Source of the DNA: Candidatus Hodarchaeota archaeon
GTDB lineage: Archaea > Asgardarchaeota > Lokiarchaeia > Sigyniarchaeales > SOKP01
NCBI GenBank assembly: GCA_048886685.1
Contig: JBHLKM010000010.1
Span: forward strand, 106,106 to 170,105
Length of the DNA stretch: 64,000 nucleotides
Reading direction: 5' to 3'
The position numbers and the translations under genes are program-made. Below are positions 20,566-31,547 of the stretch, in pieces. Numbering within the stretch: position 1 is the stretch's first letter; the number at the start of each line of letters is the position of its first letter. The notes beneath the pieces were generated by a model. The model searched no databases, was not told the DNA's origin, and was given only the letters and a program-made list of their open reading frames with translations.

Positions 20566-21588
20566 ATGATTCCTTCTATAGAATGGACTTCTGATAATAA
20601 AGTTAAAATGATTGATCAGACTCAATTACCTCACAAACTTGAATTCTTAGAGTTTGATGATTATAGAGATGTTGCTACATCAATTAAAGTGATGAATATT
20701 CGTGGTGCTCCTGCTATTGGAGTTGCAGCGGCAATGGGCATGGCTATAGCAACACTAGAGTATAGAGATTTACCAAAAGAAAAGTTTTTAGAATCTATGG
20801 AAAGGGTTGCTAATGTTATAAGAAATACAAGACCGACAGCTTCAAATTTATTTTGGGCTGTCGATAGAATTTGGAAAATAATTACGTCTTATCCGGATGA
20901 CCCGATTAATCTTTCAGAACTAGTTATTGAAGAAGCAAAACTTATGGCTCAAGAAGATATCACAGTTAATAAAAATATTGGGAAGAATGGAGCTGAATTA
21001 TTAAAGGATGGAGATGTTGTGTTAACACATTGTAATGCTGGTTCTCTTGCCACAGTTCAATATGGGACAGCATTAGCTCCTGTAAGATCAGCAATAGAAC
21101 AGGGTAAGAAAATAAGTGTTATTGCTGATGAGACAAGACCACGATTACAAGGTGCAAGATTAACTGCATATGAATTACATTATGATAAGATTCCTGTAAA
21201 GGTTATTTCAGATACTTCTTCTGGATTACTTATGAGATTAGGAGAAGTGAATATAGTGATTGTAGGTACTGATCGAGTTACCTCTGATGCTGTTTTTAAC
21301 AAAATTGGAACTTATTTAGTAGCTTTAGCAGCAAAAGATAATAATCTCCCTTTTTACGTAGCAGCACCGAGTTCAACCCTTTCTCTTCATGAAACTGTAA
21401 AGGATGTAATAATTGAACAACGAGATAGTTCTGAAGTTAGTAATGTTTTAGGAAAAGTTCAGATAGTTCCTGATGGTGTAGAATGTCTAAACTATGCATT
21501 TGATATCACTCCGTTTAGGCTAGTTACTGGCGTTATTACAGAAGATGGTGTATATAACCATAAGGAGCTTTTAAAGAAATACAAATAG
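20566..21588 (+). CDS. mtnA: S-methyl-5-thioribose-1-phosphate isomerase (eIF2B-like family)
   Basis: DQTQLP, IRGAPAIG, RPTASNL, LTHCNAG.LAT, ETRPRLQG, NKIGT, AFDITP. Confidence 0.93.
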   Translation: MIPSIEWTSDNKVKMIDQTQLPHKLEFLEFDDYRDVATSIKVMNIRGAPAIGVAAAMGMAIATLEYRDLPKEKFLESMERVANVIRNTRPTASNLFWAVDRIWKIITSYPDDPINLSELVIEEAKLMAQEDITVNKNIGKNGAELLKDGDVVLTHCNAGSLATVQYGTALAPVRSAIEQGKKISVIADETRPRLQGARLTAYELHYDKIPVKVISDTSSGLLMRLGEVNIVIVGTDRVTSDAVFNKIGTYLVALAAKDNNLPFYVAAPSSTLSLHETVKDVIIEQRDSSEVSNVLGKVQIVPDGVECLNYAFDITPFRLVTGVITEDGVYNHKELLKKYK

Positions 21589-21615
21589 ATAAAAAAATTT
21601 AATATCTTTTGCACG

Positions 21616-22602
21616 TCAATTAAATACTTCTTTTAAAGACATTTTTAACTGTAAAAGGTCTTTAGTTTTGCATAAGTGAGTTCTAATCTTTGTAGAATTC
21701 CAAATATTTTTCATTAGCCAAATCGAAATTCTCTTTAATTCCCTAAATTTGAATTCATCATTTCTATATGGGTATGAAATTTCATTTAGAAAAGTATCAA
21801 TAATCTCTTCATAAATATTAATATACTTTTTTACTAACTCCAAATTACTGATAAAGGAAACAATTTTGCCTTTAGTTAAATATTCATGGATTTGTCGAAA
21901 GATCTCCGGATTGCCCATCGTTTCTCTACCTATCATAAAAGCATCAACTTTTGTATAGTCAATAAACTCTTTTGCACTTATCGGTGTCGTAATATCACCG
22001 TTACCCACCAGAGGAATAATGATTTTTTCTTTTAATCTTTTAACTGTTTTTAAATCTAGCGTTCCATTAATAAAGTTACTTTTTACAGTTCTAGCATGGA
22101 TAGTTAAAAGAGATATCCCTGAATTATTTATTATTTTTGATACTTCTTCAATATTCATGGGTTTTTCAAAACCAGTCCTTATTTTCAAGGAGACAGGTTT
22201 AGAGGATTTCTTAACAACAACTTGGAGTAATTCGTTTAATCCATCCAAATTCTTCATTAAAAATCCCCCCTCCTTGGCGTTAATTGCTCTCCGTGAAGGA
22301 CAACCTGCATTTATATCTAATACATCAAAATTATAGCTTTCAAGATAATCAATTGATTTTCTAAAAGCATCTAAATCAGATCCTATTAATTGGATACTTA
22401 TTGGTCGTTCCTCTTCTATTCCACATAAGTCATGATCTAGAAATTTCGGATTTTTAACTATTCTTTTAGTATAGAGCATCGGAACACTAACTAATCCAAT
22501 TTCTTGAAATTTTCTACAAAATCTCCTAAAAGGAGCAGTAGTCACATTTTGCATAGGTGCTAAAATGTATCTATTCGCTAAGTTAAGTGTTCCTAATTTC
22601 AT
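21616..22602 (-). CDS. dus: tRNA-dihydrouridine synthase family protein
   Basis: LAPM, QLIGS, DINAGCP, SLKIRTG, TIHART, GNGDI, MIGR...GNP. Confidence 0.92.
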   Translation of the reverse strand: MKLGTLNLANRYILAPMQNVTTAPFRRFCRKFQEIGLVSVPMLYTKRIVKNPKFLDHDLCGIEEERPISIQLIGSDLDAFRKSIDYLESYNFDVLDINAGCPSRRAINAKEGGFLMKNLDGLNELLQVVVKKSSKPVSLKIRTGFEKPMNIEEVSKIINNSGISLLTIHARTVKSNFINGTLDLKTVKRLKEKIIIPLVGNGDITTPISAKEFIDYTKVDAFMIGRETMGNPEIFRQIHEYLTKGKIVSFISNLELVKKYINIYEEIIDTFLNEISYPYRNDEFKFRELKRISIWLMKNIWNSTKIRTHLCKTKDLLQLKMSLKEVFN

Positions 22603-22698
22603 TCGTTCCTTAAATTTCCTTATGTTCTAAAATAATGAAACTTTTTTATTAATTCTAATTTTCTATAATTAATTAAATCTGTTCAGATAGCTGATAAG

Positions 22699-23196
22699 AT
22701 GTCAAATCAACTTAAAGAATTTAAATTTAAAAAACCTCCAAAAAGTATTACCTACATAGAAGGTGAACCTTTAAATTTAACGGAAAGATTCGATTTTTTT
22801 CATAATAAAACCAAATTGAGAAAAAACCTGACTCAACTTCAACACCTTTTTAAATCATACATAAAAAATCCTCTACTAGCATCAGGAATTAGAGATAGTT
22901 ATTTAACAGAGGAATATACTGAAAAATATCTGATTGTATTATTTACAACACCTGAAATCGTAAAAGAAGCTAATGAGATTCTAGCAACATATTCTGATAT
23001 TGAAATTACTCAAGGTAATTATTTCCTTATAACAACCCAAGAATATATGTTACTTTTAACTAAAGACATTGAGGGCATAAATTCAGGTATTGAAATAATG
23101 GAAGAAATTCTAAATCAAGTTCTAGAAGATTATTTCGATAAAAAGAAATTCGAGGATTTTATTAAAATCCGTCAATTCAAATTATATAATCTTTAA
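22699..23196 (+). CDS. Hypothetical protein resembling a stand-alone GH20 domain-2 (zincin-like) module
   Basis: NYFLITTQEYMLLLTKDIEGINSGIEIMEEIL resembles the Y.L.i....i.i...d..G...G..tl.ql pattern; no catalytic TIM barrel. Confidence 0.45.
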   Translation: MSNQLKEFKFKKPPKSITYIEGEPLNLTERFDFFHNKTKLRKNLTQLQHLFKSYIKNPLLASGIRDSYLTEEYTEKYLIVLFTTPEIVKEANEILATYSDIEITQGNYFLITTQEYMLLLTKDIEGINSGIEIMEEILNQVLEDYFDKKKFEDFIKIRQFKLYNL

Positions 23197-24923
23197 AAAA
23201 TTGATCTAACAAATTTCCATGGTTTTTGCTTTTGAAGATTGTATGCTTTTTCTGCATATTCCATACACATTCTATGGGTATTAAAATAAGCTGCTAAAGA
23301 AATGGCGTTCTTTTGTCGAAAGATCCATTCATCATGGTTCATGTAGGTTGGGATAATCTCGTTTTCTAAAGTCTCATAAAGCGTATTTGCATCAATATCC
23401 CAATCATTTGAAACACCAGGATCATCTGGATTTGAATCATCAGGTCCTATAGCCCAACCTGCTAGATGATTCATTTTATATCCTTCCAACCACCATCCAT
23501 CTTGGACACTAAAATTCGGCACTCCATTTAGAGCTGCTTTCATTCCACTTGTTCCACTTGCTTCACGATATCTATTAGGTGTATTCAGCCAGATATCAAC
23601 TCCTGAAACAAGCATGTGAGAGAGATCCATATTATAATTTTCCATCATTACAACTTTTACTCCATAGTTCTCATACAAGTACTCACCAGCTTCATGAATT
23701 TTTTTGATATAATCTTTCCCCATTTGATCTTTAGGATGAGCCTTACCTGCAAAGATAAACTGTACACCATTTTTACAGATTTTGCCTAATCTATCAATAT
23801 CATGGAATATTAATATTGCTCTTTTATAGGTGGCAAAACGCCTTGCGAATCCTATTGTAATTAATTCCTCATCTAGTAAATTCCATGAATGACCCTTTTG
23901 ATATGATATTAAGTTAAATTTGTTCTCTATATGAGCATCAAAAACGTCTAAATCATCTAATTCGATGGCATTTTCCAATACCGAAGGATTTGCTCTCCAA
24001 TTTGGCCATTTTCTTCCAAATAACTTCCGGAAGGGCTTAGAAACCCAAAAAGGTAAATGGATTCCATTTGTTATATAATCGATTTCATATTGTGGGAACA
24101 TTTTTCTGGAGATATCCCCATGTTTTTTAGCTACACCATTTCTATATCTAGAAAGTGCCATTCCAAGAAAGGTCATATTAAATTCCCCATTATCGTCAGC
24201 AAGTTTCCTAATTTCAGGAGGCATTCGTTTTTCAAAGACTTTGTCCACTAAGCCTTGCGTGAAACGATCGTGCCCCGCAGGAACAGGAGTGTGAGTTGTA
24301 AATACTACCTTTTCCTTTACTTGTTCAATATCTTCTTTTAACATGTCATATAATTCAACAATAGCAAAAGAACCATGACCCTCATTAAGATGATATGTTT
24401 GAATGTTATTGTAGCCTAAAGATTTTAAAAGTTTAACTCCACCTATTCCTAATATCATTTCTTGCACAATTCTATTCCATCTTGAGGTAGAATCATAAAG
24501 AGAACCCGTCATGTTCTTCATCCAATCTTCATTTCCCTCTACATCCGTAGTTAATAAATAAATAGGTAACACATGACCTGATTGACCAATGACATTATAT
24601 TTCCATGCTGAAACTTTCACATCTTTATTCTCTATTTTCATTGTAATTGGTTGTGGGACTTTCTCGAATTCATAGAAGAAATTCCATTCAATTTCTCTTT
24701 CTTTTTGATCTCCAAACTCATTAAAAAATTGATAAAAATAGCCAGAACTATAACATAAACAGATACCGACCATAGGGAGTTCTAGGTCTGCAGAGGATCT
24801 AACTGTATCCCCAGATAACACTCCCAGGCCACCACTATATGTAGGTATATTACTATCGACACCTATCTCCATGGAGATATACGCTACAGTAGTATTATTT
24901 TTCAGATCTTCGTCAACTTCCAT
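23193..24923 (-). CDS. glgP: Alpha-glucan (glycogen/maltodextrin) phosphorylase
   Basis: YSGGLGVL.GD, HLNEGH, FTTHTPVPAGHD, ITNG, ARRFATYKR, GKAHP, EASGTSGMKAALNG. Confidence 0.96.
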   Translation of the reverse strand: MEVDEDLKNNTTVAYISMEIGVDSNIPTYSGGLGVLSGDTVRSSADLELPMVGICLCYSSGYFYQFFNEFGDQKEREIEWNFFYEFEKVPQPITMKIENKDVKVSAWKYNVIGQSGHVLPIYLLTTDVEGNEDWMKNMTGSLYDSTSRWNRIVQEMILGIGGVKLLKSLGYNNIQTYHLNEGHGSFAIVELYDMLKEDIEQVKEKVVFTTHTPVPAGHDRFTQGLVDKVFEKRMPPEIRKLADDNGEFNMTFLGMALSRYRNGVAKKHGDISRKMFPQYEIDYITNGIHLPFWVSKPFRKLFGRKWPNWRANPSVLENAIELDDLDVFDAHIENKFNLISYQKGHSWNLLDEELITIGFARRFATYKRAILIFHDIDRLGKICKNGVQFIFAGKAHPKDQMGKDYIKKIHEAGEYLYENYGVKVVMMENYNMDLSHMLVSGVDIWLNTPNRYREASGTSGMKAALNGVPNFSVQDGWWLEGYKMNHLAGWAIGPDDSNPDDPGVSNDWDIDANTLYETLENEIIPTYMNHDEWIFRQKNAISLAAYFNTHRMCMEYAEKAYNLQKQKPWKFVRSIF

Positions 24924-25051
24924 TTTGTTTCACTAATCTGAAGTTATGAATTTGATTTCTTAATAACAATTAAGAATTTTATATATTATGTTTAAAAACC
25001 ATGGTTTAAAATATTATCTTTATAAAAAATTAAAAGTGTTAAAAAAAGATT

Positions 25052-25936
25052 TCACTTCATTCTAGCGATTTCCTCATTAATCCTTCTCCTATTTTCTTCG
25101 AGATCCTCAATTCCTAATTTTTTTGCCATTTCTTCAAACTGTTCTGTATTTTGTCCCCACATTCTCCCCCCAATCAATCCACCATCAACAACTAGAGGAT
25201 GTCCGCTGACAAAGGTGGAGTCATCACTCGCTAACCACAGAGCAGCTTTAGCTATATCTTCTGGAAGCCCTCCTCTTTTTATTGGTTGAAAATTAGAAAG
25301 AAAGATCTTCACAAGTTCTTTGAATCTTTCGGCTTTATCTTGATCAAATCCAAGACCTTTTCCAAAAATAGCAGTTGCAATTCCGCCAGGACATATGCAA
25401 TTTACACGGATATTAAATTCTCCTAATTCCATAGCAACTGTACGAGTTAAGTGGATAATCGCTGCTTTAGCTGCACTATAAACATGTCCTCCCATTCCAG
25501 TTCGAAGACCTGCTACACTTGCCGTGCTGATTATACTTCCCGAACCTTGCTGCTTCATTATTGGAGTAGCATGTTTCATACCAAGAAAAACACTACGAAA
25601 TTGGATTTCCACACTCACATCAAACCCATCTGTGGGGATTTCATCAATTGGGCCCCCAACACATGGAAAGCCTGCGTTATTGAACATACAATCAAGTCGT
25701 CCAAATTTATCAACTGCAAGATCAATAAGCGCTTTTATTTCAGATTCATTTCGAACGTCTGCATGAAGATATATGGCATTAGGACCAAGTTCTTCAGCAA
25801 GTGCCTCTCCTAATTCATCTTGGATATCCCCAAATACCACTTGGGCACCTTCATGTACAAATAACCTTACAGAGGCATTTCCGATACCACTGGATCCCCC
25901 TGTAATAACAGCAACTTTTCCGTCAAGTCTACCCAT
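25052..25936 (-). CDS. Short-chain dehydrogenase/reductase
   Basis: TGGSSGIG, NNAG, YSAAK, IRVNCICPG, DGG. Confidence 0.95.
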   Translation of the reverse strand: MGRLDGKVAVITGGSSGIGNASVRLFVHEGAQVVFGDIQDELGEALAEELGPNAIYLHADVRNESEIKALIDLAVDKFGRLDCMFNNAGFPCVGGPIDEIPTDGFDVSVEIQFRSVFLGMKHATPIMKQQGSGSIISTASVAGLRTGMGGHVYSAAKAAIIHLTRTVAMELGEFNIRVNCICPGGIATAIFGKGLGFDQDKAERFKELVKIFLSNFQPIKRGGLPEDIAKAALWLASDDSTFVSGHPLVVDGGLIGGRMWGQNTEQFEEMAKKLGIEDLEENRRRINEEIARMK

Positions 25937-25992
25937 TTTTCATCATCTCACTTTATTTATTTTATTTTTAAATTAATTTTTTTCAAATATTC

Positions 25993-26925
25993 TCATCTAT
26001 TCGCTCTTCCAGTTTGTTCAACGGTTTCAAGGAAGTCAAGAATTTCAGCTAAAGTACGTTTAGGATCTTCGATTGCAGTCATGTGGCCAAGACCAGGCAT
26101 AACCACATGTCGAACGTCAGGAATCTCTTTTGCCATTATTTCACTTGGCTTAAAAAAGACTACGTCAAATTCACCAAGTAAGACAAGCGTAGGACACTTG
26201 ATCTGTCTGAGTTCTTCAATCCTAGGATTAGGATCTGAATAAAAACTTGTCATAAAGTATATTATTGCCCGACGATCTTGTCGCCTTAAAAATCCTTCGT
26301 AAATTTTCATCATTTTATCGCTTTCCGGATGTTCAGCCATTTTGAACAAAAATGGTCCGGGTTCTTGCTTAATACCAGCCATCCTATCCTCAATTGAGAT
26401 CTTCAAATCCATTTCTATCCATGCTTCTATCATTTTTTCTCTTTGTTCCTCACTTGCTTTCTGACGTAATTCAGCCAATTGTGCTTGTTGTGCTCTTGCT
26501 TTTTTTTCCTCTTCCGTAAATTCTCTGTAATCAGGAATATCAACGAGAGTATTTGAACTTGTATCCGTCAACATAGCACTTAATAAACGATTTGATCTTT
26601 TCATTGCGTAACGAGCACCCACCATCCCTCCAGTAGCATGAGTTAATAAATGGAACTTATCAATGCCTAAGAAGTCAGCAAGGTCATCAAAATCTTGAGC
26701 CATGGTGTCAGCATCATAACCGTAAGGCTTTTCTTTTACGACCGTACGACCATGTGCCCTCATATCAATTGAAATCACCCTATATTTTTTAGCTAATGCA
26801 GCAGTAACCCCTGTCTCGCTCCAATAAGTTCCATCTTCCATTAGACCATGATTCGCGATGATAGGATCTCCTTTTCCAACATCTTCATAATACATTCGTA
26901 AACTTCCTTTTTCAAAATATGGCAT
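25993..26925 (-). CDS. Alpha/beta-fold hydrolase family protein (nucleophile position is Ala)
   Basis: HGL, DMRAHGRT, elbow THATGG, PTLVLLGEFD, GHM. Confidence 0.85.
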   Translation of the reverse strand: MPYFEKGSLRMYYEDVGKGDPIIANHGLMEDGTYWSETGVTAALAKKYRVISIDMRAHGRTVVKEKPYGYDADTMAQDFDDLADFLGIDKFHLLTHATGGMVGARYAMKRSNRLLSAMLTDTSSNTLVDIPDYREFTEEEKKARAQQAQLAELRQKASEEQREKMIEAWIEMDLKISIEDRMAGIKQEPGPFLFKMAEHPESDKMMKIYEGFLRRQDRRAIIYFMTSFYSDPNPRIEELRQIKCPTLVLLGEFDVVFFKPSEIMAKEIPDVRHVVMPGLGHMTAIEDPKRTLAEILDFLETVEQTGRANR

Positions 26926-27102
26926 AATTAAATCATTAAATTTATTTCTATATGATTAAATTATAAAGTAAGTATTCCAGTTTTATAGATTTCTATTGCT
27001 TTAAAGTCAAAAGATTAAAAAACTAGAGATCTGGATATGAAAAAATTAACAAATTAAGGAAATATGAATTTTGCTTAAAAAAGAAAAAAATAGATTTAGA
27101 AA

Positions 27103-27756
27103 TTATACTCTTAGCACTTTATCAGTTAATATTTCAACTTTTATGTTAGGATCTTTTTTATTCAGAAGTTCTTTAAATTTATTTAAATCCTTGTCCCAAT
27201 TATGCATCGGTACTGCTATTTCAGGTTGAATATCTACTGCAGAATCGGTGGCTTCATCGAAATCCATGGTGTATGTACCTCCACATGGAATTAATGCAAC
27301 TGTTATGTTTTTATCAGCTAATTCTTTCATTTCAGGAATTCTTTCGGTATCACCTGCATGGTAAACACTTTTACCCCCTGACCTTATGATTGTGCCTGCC
27401 CATCCACTTGATTTTGGATGATTTGGCTTTTTTATATTATAGGAGGGTATAAGCTGAATTGAAAGATCTTTATAATCAAAAGTATCACCTAATTTAATTG
27501 CTTGACCATTAAATTCCTTTAGATTACTTGCTATGCTTTCTGGACCAAGTAAAATAGTATCATCCTTCATCAATTTTTTTATTGAATCACCATGAAAATG
27601 ATCAAAATGACTATGACTACTGACAATTATATCTGCTTTTTCTTCCCCTTTTTTTAACTGATAAGGATCTAAATAAATCACCATTCCACTACCTGTTTTC
27701 ACTCTAAATGCTGCGTGTCCTAACCATTCAATTTGAAATTGAAAATCTTCTCCCAT
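27103..27756 (-). CDS. MBL-fold metallo-hydrolase
   Basis: WLGHA, SHSHFDH, YHAGDT, PMH; ATG 27756 follows GAGGTGA SD. Confidence 0.92.
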   Translation of the reverse strand: MGEDFQFQIEWLGHAAFRVKTGSGMVIYLDPYQLKKGEEKADIIVSSHSHFDHFHGDSIKKLMKDDTILLGPESIASNLKEFNGQAIKLGDTFDYKDLSIQLIPSYNIKKPNHPKSSGWAGTIIRSGGKSVYHAGDTERIPEMKELADKNITVALIPCGGTYTMDFDEATDSAVDIQPEIAVPMHNWDKDLNKFKELLNKKDPNIKVEILTDKVLRV

Positions 27757-27881
27757 TTGATTCACCTCTTAAATAATTTGAAGACTAGATTATAATTTAT
27801 TATTATGATTTAATCCTTTAAATTAATAACGTAAAAAGGATAAAATGAGATGAAACCTATTATGATCTTATTGAACACATT

Positions 27882-28268
27882 CTAGTCTTCTTCTTCGAAT
27901 TGCCATTCGGCGCTTTCGAGAGGTATTTTTTTGGAAATTCCGAAATTATCTTCTTTAGATATATCTAACTCTTGAAATTTGTCTTTTAATATTTTATTTT
28001 CAAAATTTGGGATTTCATTTATGAGAAAGGCTTTTGATATTGGACTTACAGGTGGAGAGAGAGTATTTGATTTTTTAGCTATGATTTCTTTAGTTATTTT
28101 TTGATTTAATCGTTCATTTTTGTTAAAAAAGGGATTTCCAATCATAATATTAGGCTTTTTCATTCTACTAAGAGTATTTTTTGGAAAAGTAGATTTTGCA
28201 GTTCGACACATTGGACAATTTATTTCATCTAAACCATGTATGCAAGGCATTTTTTCTGTATCTCTCAT
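27882..28268 (-). CDS. Hypothetical protein with N-terminal CxH-x6-CxxC putative Zn site
   Basis: CIHGLDEINCPMC. Confidence 0.6.
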   Translation of the reverse strand: MRDTEKMPCIHGLDEINCPMCRTAKSTFPKNTLSRMKKPNIMIGNPFFNKNERLNQKITKEIIAKKSNTLSPPVSPISKAFLINEIPNFENKILKDKFQELDISKEDNFGISKKIPLESAEWQFEEED

Positions 28269-28492
28269 TTATTCAATTTCTAAGTATTTCGAATTATTTG
28301 TATCTTTTATTTTTTTTTATTATAATTTCTTAGTAAAAATATATTTTAAAATCAGAGAATTAAATATAGAATAATTCTATTTTTATGGTTATTATTTATA
28401 AACTTTATAAATTTAAACCAATTTTACTTAATGTTTAAAGTACATTAATAATAAGTACTCTAATAAAAAAAGAAAGCTAAAGTGTAATCAGA

Positions 28493-30259
28493 ATGGCAGA
28501 TTGGCAAGTAAATGAAGAAAAGGCTTGGTTCAAGAAATGGTGGCCTAAAGATACACCTAAAAATTATGATTTTGAAAAAATTTCTTTAGGAGATTTCTTT
28601 GAAAGACAGAGAAAGAAATACGCGAACGAAAGAATGATGTGGTTTATAGATTCATGGATGACGTATGAGGAAGCTGGTCAGGCAATAGATTCTTTAGCAA
28701 CAGCACTTCATAATTTAGGTATAAAGAAAGGAGATGTGGTTGCATATTTAATGCCAAATAGTTTTCAATATGTTATATGCTTCTATGCAACTATAAAATT
28801 AGGAGCAATTGCGACAGGTATAAATCCAACTTATAAACCTTTAGAAGTATTACATCATCTTAAAATAACTGGTGCTACTGTATTAATAACTCTAGATGCG
28901 CTATACGAGGAATTAGCTCGTCCTGTTATTAAACAGTCAAAAATTGAGATGGTAATCTATACGAATATAGTAGATTTAGCCTCAGGTTTATCAAGCTTAA
29001 AAAAAGGCTTAGGAAAATTTTTAGGAAAAATACCAAAAGGGAAGGTAGATTTTCCTGGAGCGATTAAATTTTTGGATCTTCTTGAAACAGAACCAGATCT
29101 CCCAAAGGTAGATTTTGATCCTTTTGAGCATACAGCTACTTACATTATGACTGGAGGAACAACTGGAGTACCAAAAGCGACTGTATTGTCCCACTTTAAT
29201 TTAGTTTCGAATGCAATTCAAGCAGTTTTATGGGTAGGTGGAGAAGATCCTGGCGTAGGAGATATTGGTGCTATACCCCTTTTCCATTCGTTTGCGATGA
29301 CGGCGGTTATGAATGTTTCTATTGGTTTGGGAGGGTGGATGATGTTATTTGTGAGACCCCCACAAACCGAAGAATTTCTGAAAGAAATTACACATATAGA
29401 TGCTCCAAGAGGTCTTTTTTATGCAGGAGCAGAAATACTGTTCAAAAGAATCGCAGATTTTCCGAATCTTAAGAAATTTCCTAACTTAACTGGCAGATTA
29501 AGACTCTGTATCTCAGGAGCAGGACCTTTACATGCTCCAGTACAAAAATCATTTCAAGAAAATACTGGCGGAAGAATAGTAGAGGGATACGGACTTTCAG
29601 AAGCAAGTCCAATTGTAAGTGGTGGAAATTTATTTGGTGAAAGCCCTATTGGTGTAATTGGTATGCCGTTTCCTGGTACCGATTGGGGAATCTTTGATGT
29701 AGATGACTTTGAGAAAGGACCAATAGCAGATGGGTTACCAGGATCTAAATATGGGGAGAAAAATACAGGAGAATTGTGTGTTTGTGGTCCTCAAGTTATG
29801 AAGGGATATCTAAACCAACCTGACGAAACCGCAGAAACCTTAAAAATTTGGGATGGGAGAACTTGGCTACTTACAGGTGATATAGGGTTTATGAATGAGG
29901 ATGGGACAGTAGCTCTTAGAGACAGAAAGAAACAATTGATTAAAGTAGCAGGTCATTCGGTATTCCCAGCTGAAGTTGAAACTATGCTAATGAGTAATGA
30001 AGCCGTTTCGGAAGCTGCTGTAGCTGGGCTTCCTGATCCAAAAGGAAAAGTTGGTGAAATCACAAAAGCATGGGTTACTTTAAAACCTGAATATAAGGGC
30101 AAAATTACCGAAGAAGAATTAATTGCTTGGACTGAAAAGAACATGACAAAGTGGAAATGCCCTGCTATCATTGAATTTATCGATGAGATTCCTAAAAATA
30201 TAATGGGAAAAGTTCAGAGACGTGTTTTACAAGAAGCAGATCCGTTATACAAGAAATAA
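28493..30259 (+). CDS. Long-chain fatty acid--CoA ligase (AMP-binding family)
   Basis: MTGGTTGVPK, PLFHSF, EGYGLSE, GPQVMKGY, TGD, DRKKQLI, GKV. Confidence 0.93.
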   Translation: MADWQVNEEKAWFKKWWPKDTPKNYDFEKISLGDFFERQRKKYANERMMWFIDSWMTYEEAGQAIDSLATALHNLGIKKGDVVAYLMPNSFQYVICFYATIKLGAIATGINPTYKPLEVLHHLKITGATVLITLDALYEELARPVIKQSKIEMVIYTNIVDLASGLSSLKKGLGKFLGKIPKGKVDFPGAIKFLDLLETEPDLPKVDFDPFEHTATYIMTGGTTGVPKATVLSHFNLVSNAIQAVLWVGGEDPGVGDIGAIPLFHSFAMTAVMNVSIGLGGWMMLFVRPPQTEEFLKEITHIDAPRGLFYAGAEILFKRIADFPNLKKFPNLTGRLRLCISGAGPLHAPVQKSFQENTGGRIVEGYGLSEASPIVSGGNLFGESPIGVIGMPFPGTDWGIFDVDDFEKGPIADGLPGSKYGEKNTGELCVCGPQVMKGYLNQPDETAETLKIWDGRTWLLTGDIGFMNEDGTVALRDRKKQLIKVAGHSVFPAEVETMLMSNEAVSEAAVAGLPDPKGKVGEITKAWVTLKPEYKGKITEEELIAWTEKNMTKWKCPAIIEFIDEIPKNIMGKVQRRVLQEADPLYKK

Positions 30260-30404
30260 AATCATTTTTTTTTATCTTTTTTAGAAAATTTTAAATTTCC
30301 AGAATCTTGAATTAAAGTTATTAATTAAATTTTAATTTCTGTTTTAATTAAATTTCAATATCCTAAAGTAATAAATATCTTTATTGAATAATCAAAGTCT
30401 GGCT

Positions 30405-31547
30405 ATGACAAAAGGAATAATAATCTCTGGTGGTTGGGGAACCCGTTTACGCCCATTAACGTGTACCATTCCTAAATCTCTAATTCCAGTAGTTAATAAA
30501 CCAGTTATAGAGCGTCAAATACTTTTATTAAAAGCTGCTGGGGTGACTGATATTTTCTTAGCTGTAAGTGTAATGGCTGATATTTTACAAAACTACTTCG
30601 AGGATGGTCAAAAATTTGGAGTAAACATTCAATACACAGATGAGAGAGTACCAATGGGAACCGCGGGTGCTATTAAGTTAGCTGAGGATTATTTAAAAGG
30701 TGAAAATTTTTTTATGTTAAATGGAGATGTCATATTGAATTTTAATATGAGCCAGATGATTAATTTGCATGAAAAGAATAAAGGAATTGGAGTTATTGCT
30801 AGTAAAGTGGTAGAAGATCCATCGAGGTACGGGGTTTTAATAGTAGATAATGATACGGGTAAAATTAATAAATTCCTTGAAAAAGATGAGTATCAACCTC
30901 CAGAAGGAAAGTATGTTCCGATGCCTATCAATGCTGGAGTTTATTTACTAGAACCTGATGTCTTCGAGTATATCGAACCTACTAAAAAGGTATCTATTGA
31001 GAGAGAGATTTTCCCTAAACTCGCAAAAGAAGGTAATTTGTATTTTTATCCAATATCTGGCATTTGGAAGGATATTGGAAAACCAGAAGAATTATTAGAT
31101 GCGAATATACTACTGATGAAAGATATCTTACAGAATTCAAATGATCAACAGAAGAACATTATAGATGGCAGCCTTGATATTGACGGAAAAGCTCTAATCT
31201 ATCCTCCTGTAGTTATAGGAAAAAATGTAACAATACGAAAAAATTGTGAAATAGGGCCAAACGTTATAGTGGGCGATAATGTCTATATTGGAGTTAATAC
31301 AAAAATTAAAGAATCATTAATTTACAACAAAGCCTATATATCTAGGCAGGTAACAATTGAAAAGGCGATTGTATCTGATAATTGTGTAATCAATGATAAG
31401 GTTAACCTAAAAGGTAATAACCAAAATTTAGTGATATTAGCTTCTTATACTGAAGTTTTAGAAAAAGTTAACTTAATTGCACCTTCAAATGGTTCTATTA
31501 CAGTTTGTCATCATGAAACCGTAAAAGATGATATTCGATTAAATTAG
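30405..31547 (+). CDS. NDP-sugar synthase (mannose-1-phosphate guanylyltransferase-like)
   Basis: GGWGTRLRPLT..PK, GTAG, NGD, INAGVY, SIEREIFP, WKDIGKP, hexapeptide repeats. Confidence 0.9.
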   Translation: MTKGIIISGGWGTRLRPLTCTIPKSLIPVVNKPVIERQILLLKAAGVTDIFLAVSVMADILQNYFEDGQKFGVNIQYTDERVPMGTAGAIKLAEDYLKGENFFMLNGDVILNFNMSQMINLHEKNKGIGVIASKVVEDPSRYGVLIVDNDTGKINKFLEKDEYQPPEGKYVPMPINAGVYLLEPDVFEYIEPTKKVSIEREIFPKLAKEGNLYFYPISGIWKDIGKPEELLDANILLMKDILQNSNDQQKNIIDGSLDIDGKALIYPPVVIGKNVTIRKNCEIGPNVIVGDNVYIGVNTKIKESLIYNKAYISRQVTIEKAIVSDNCVINDKVNLKGNNQNLVILASYTEVLEKVNLIAPSNGSITVCHHETVKDDIRLN

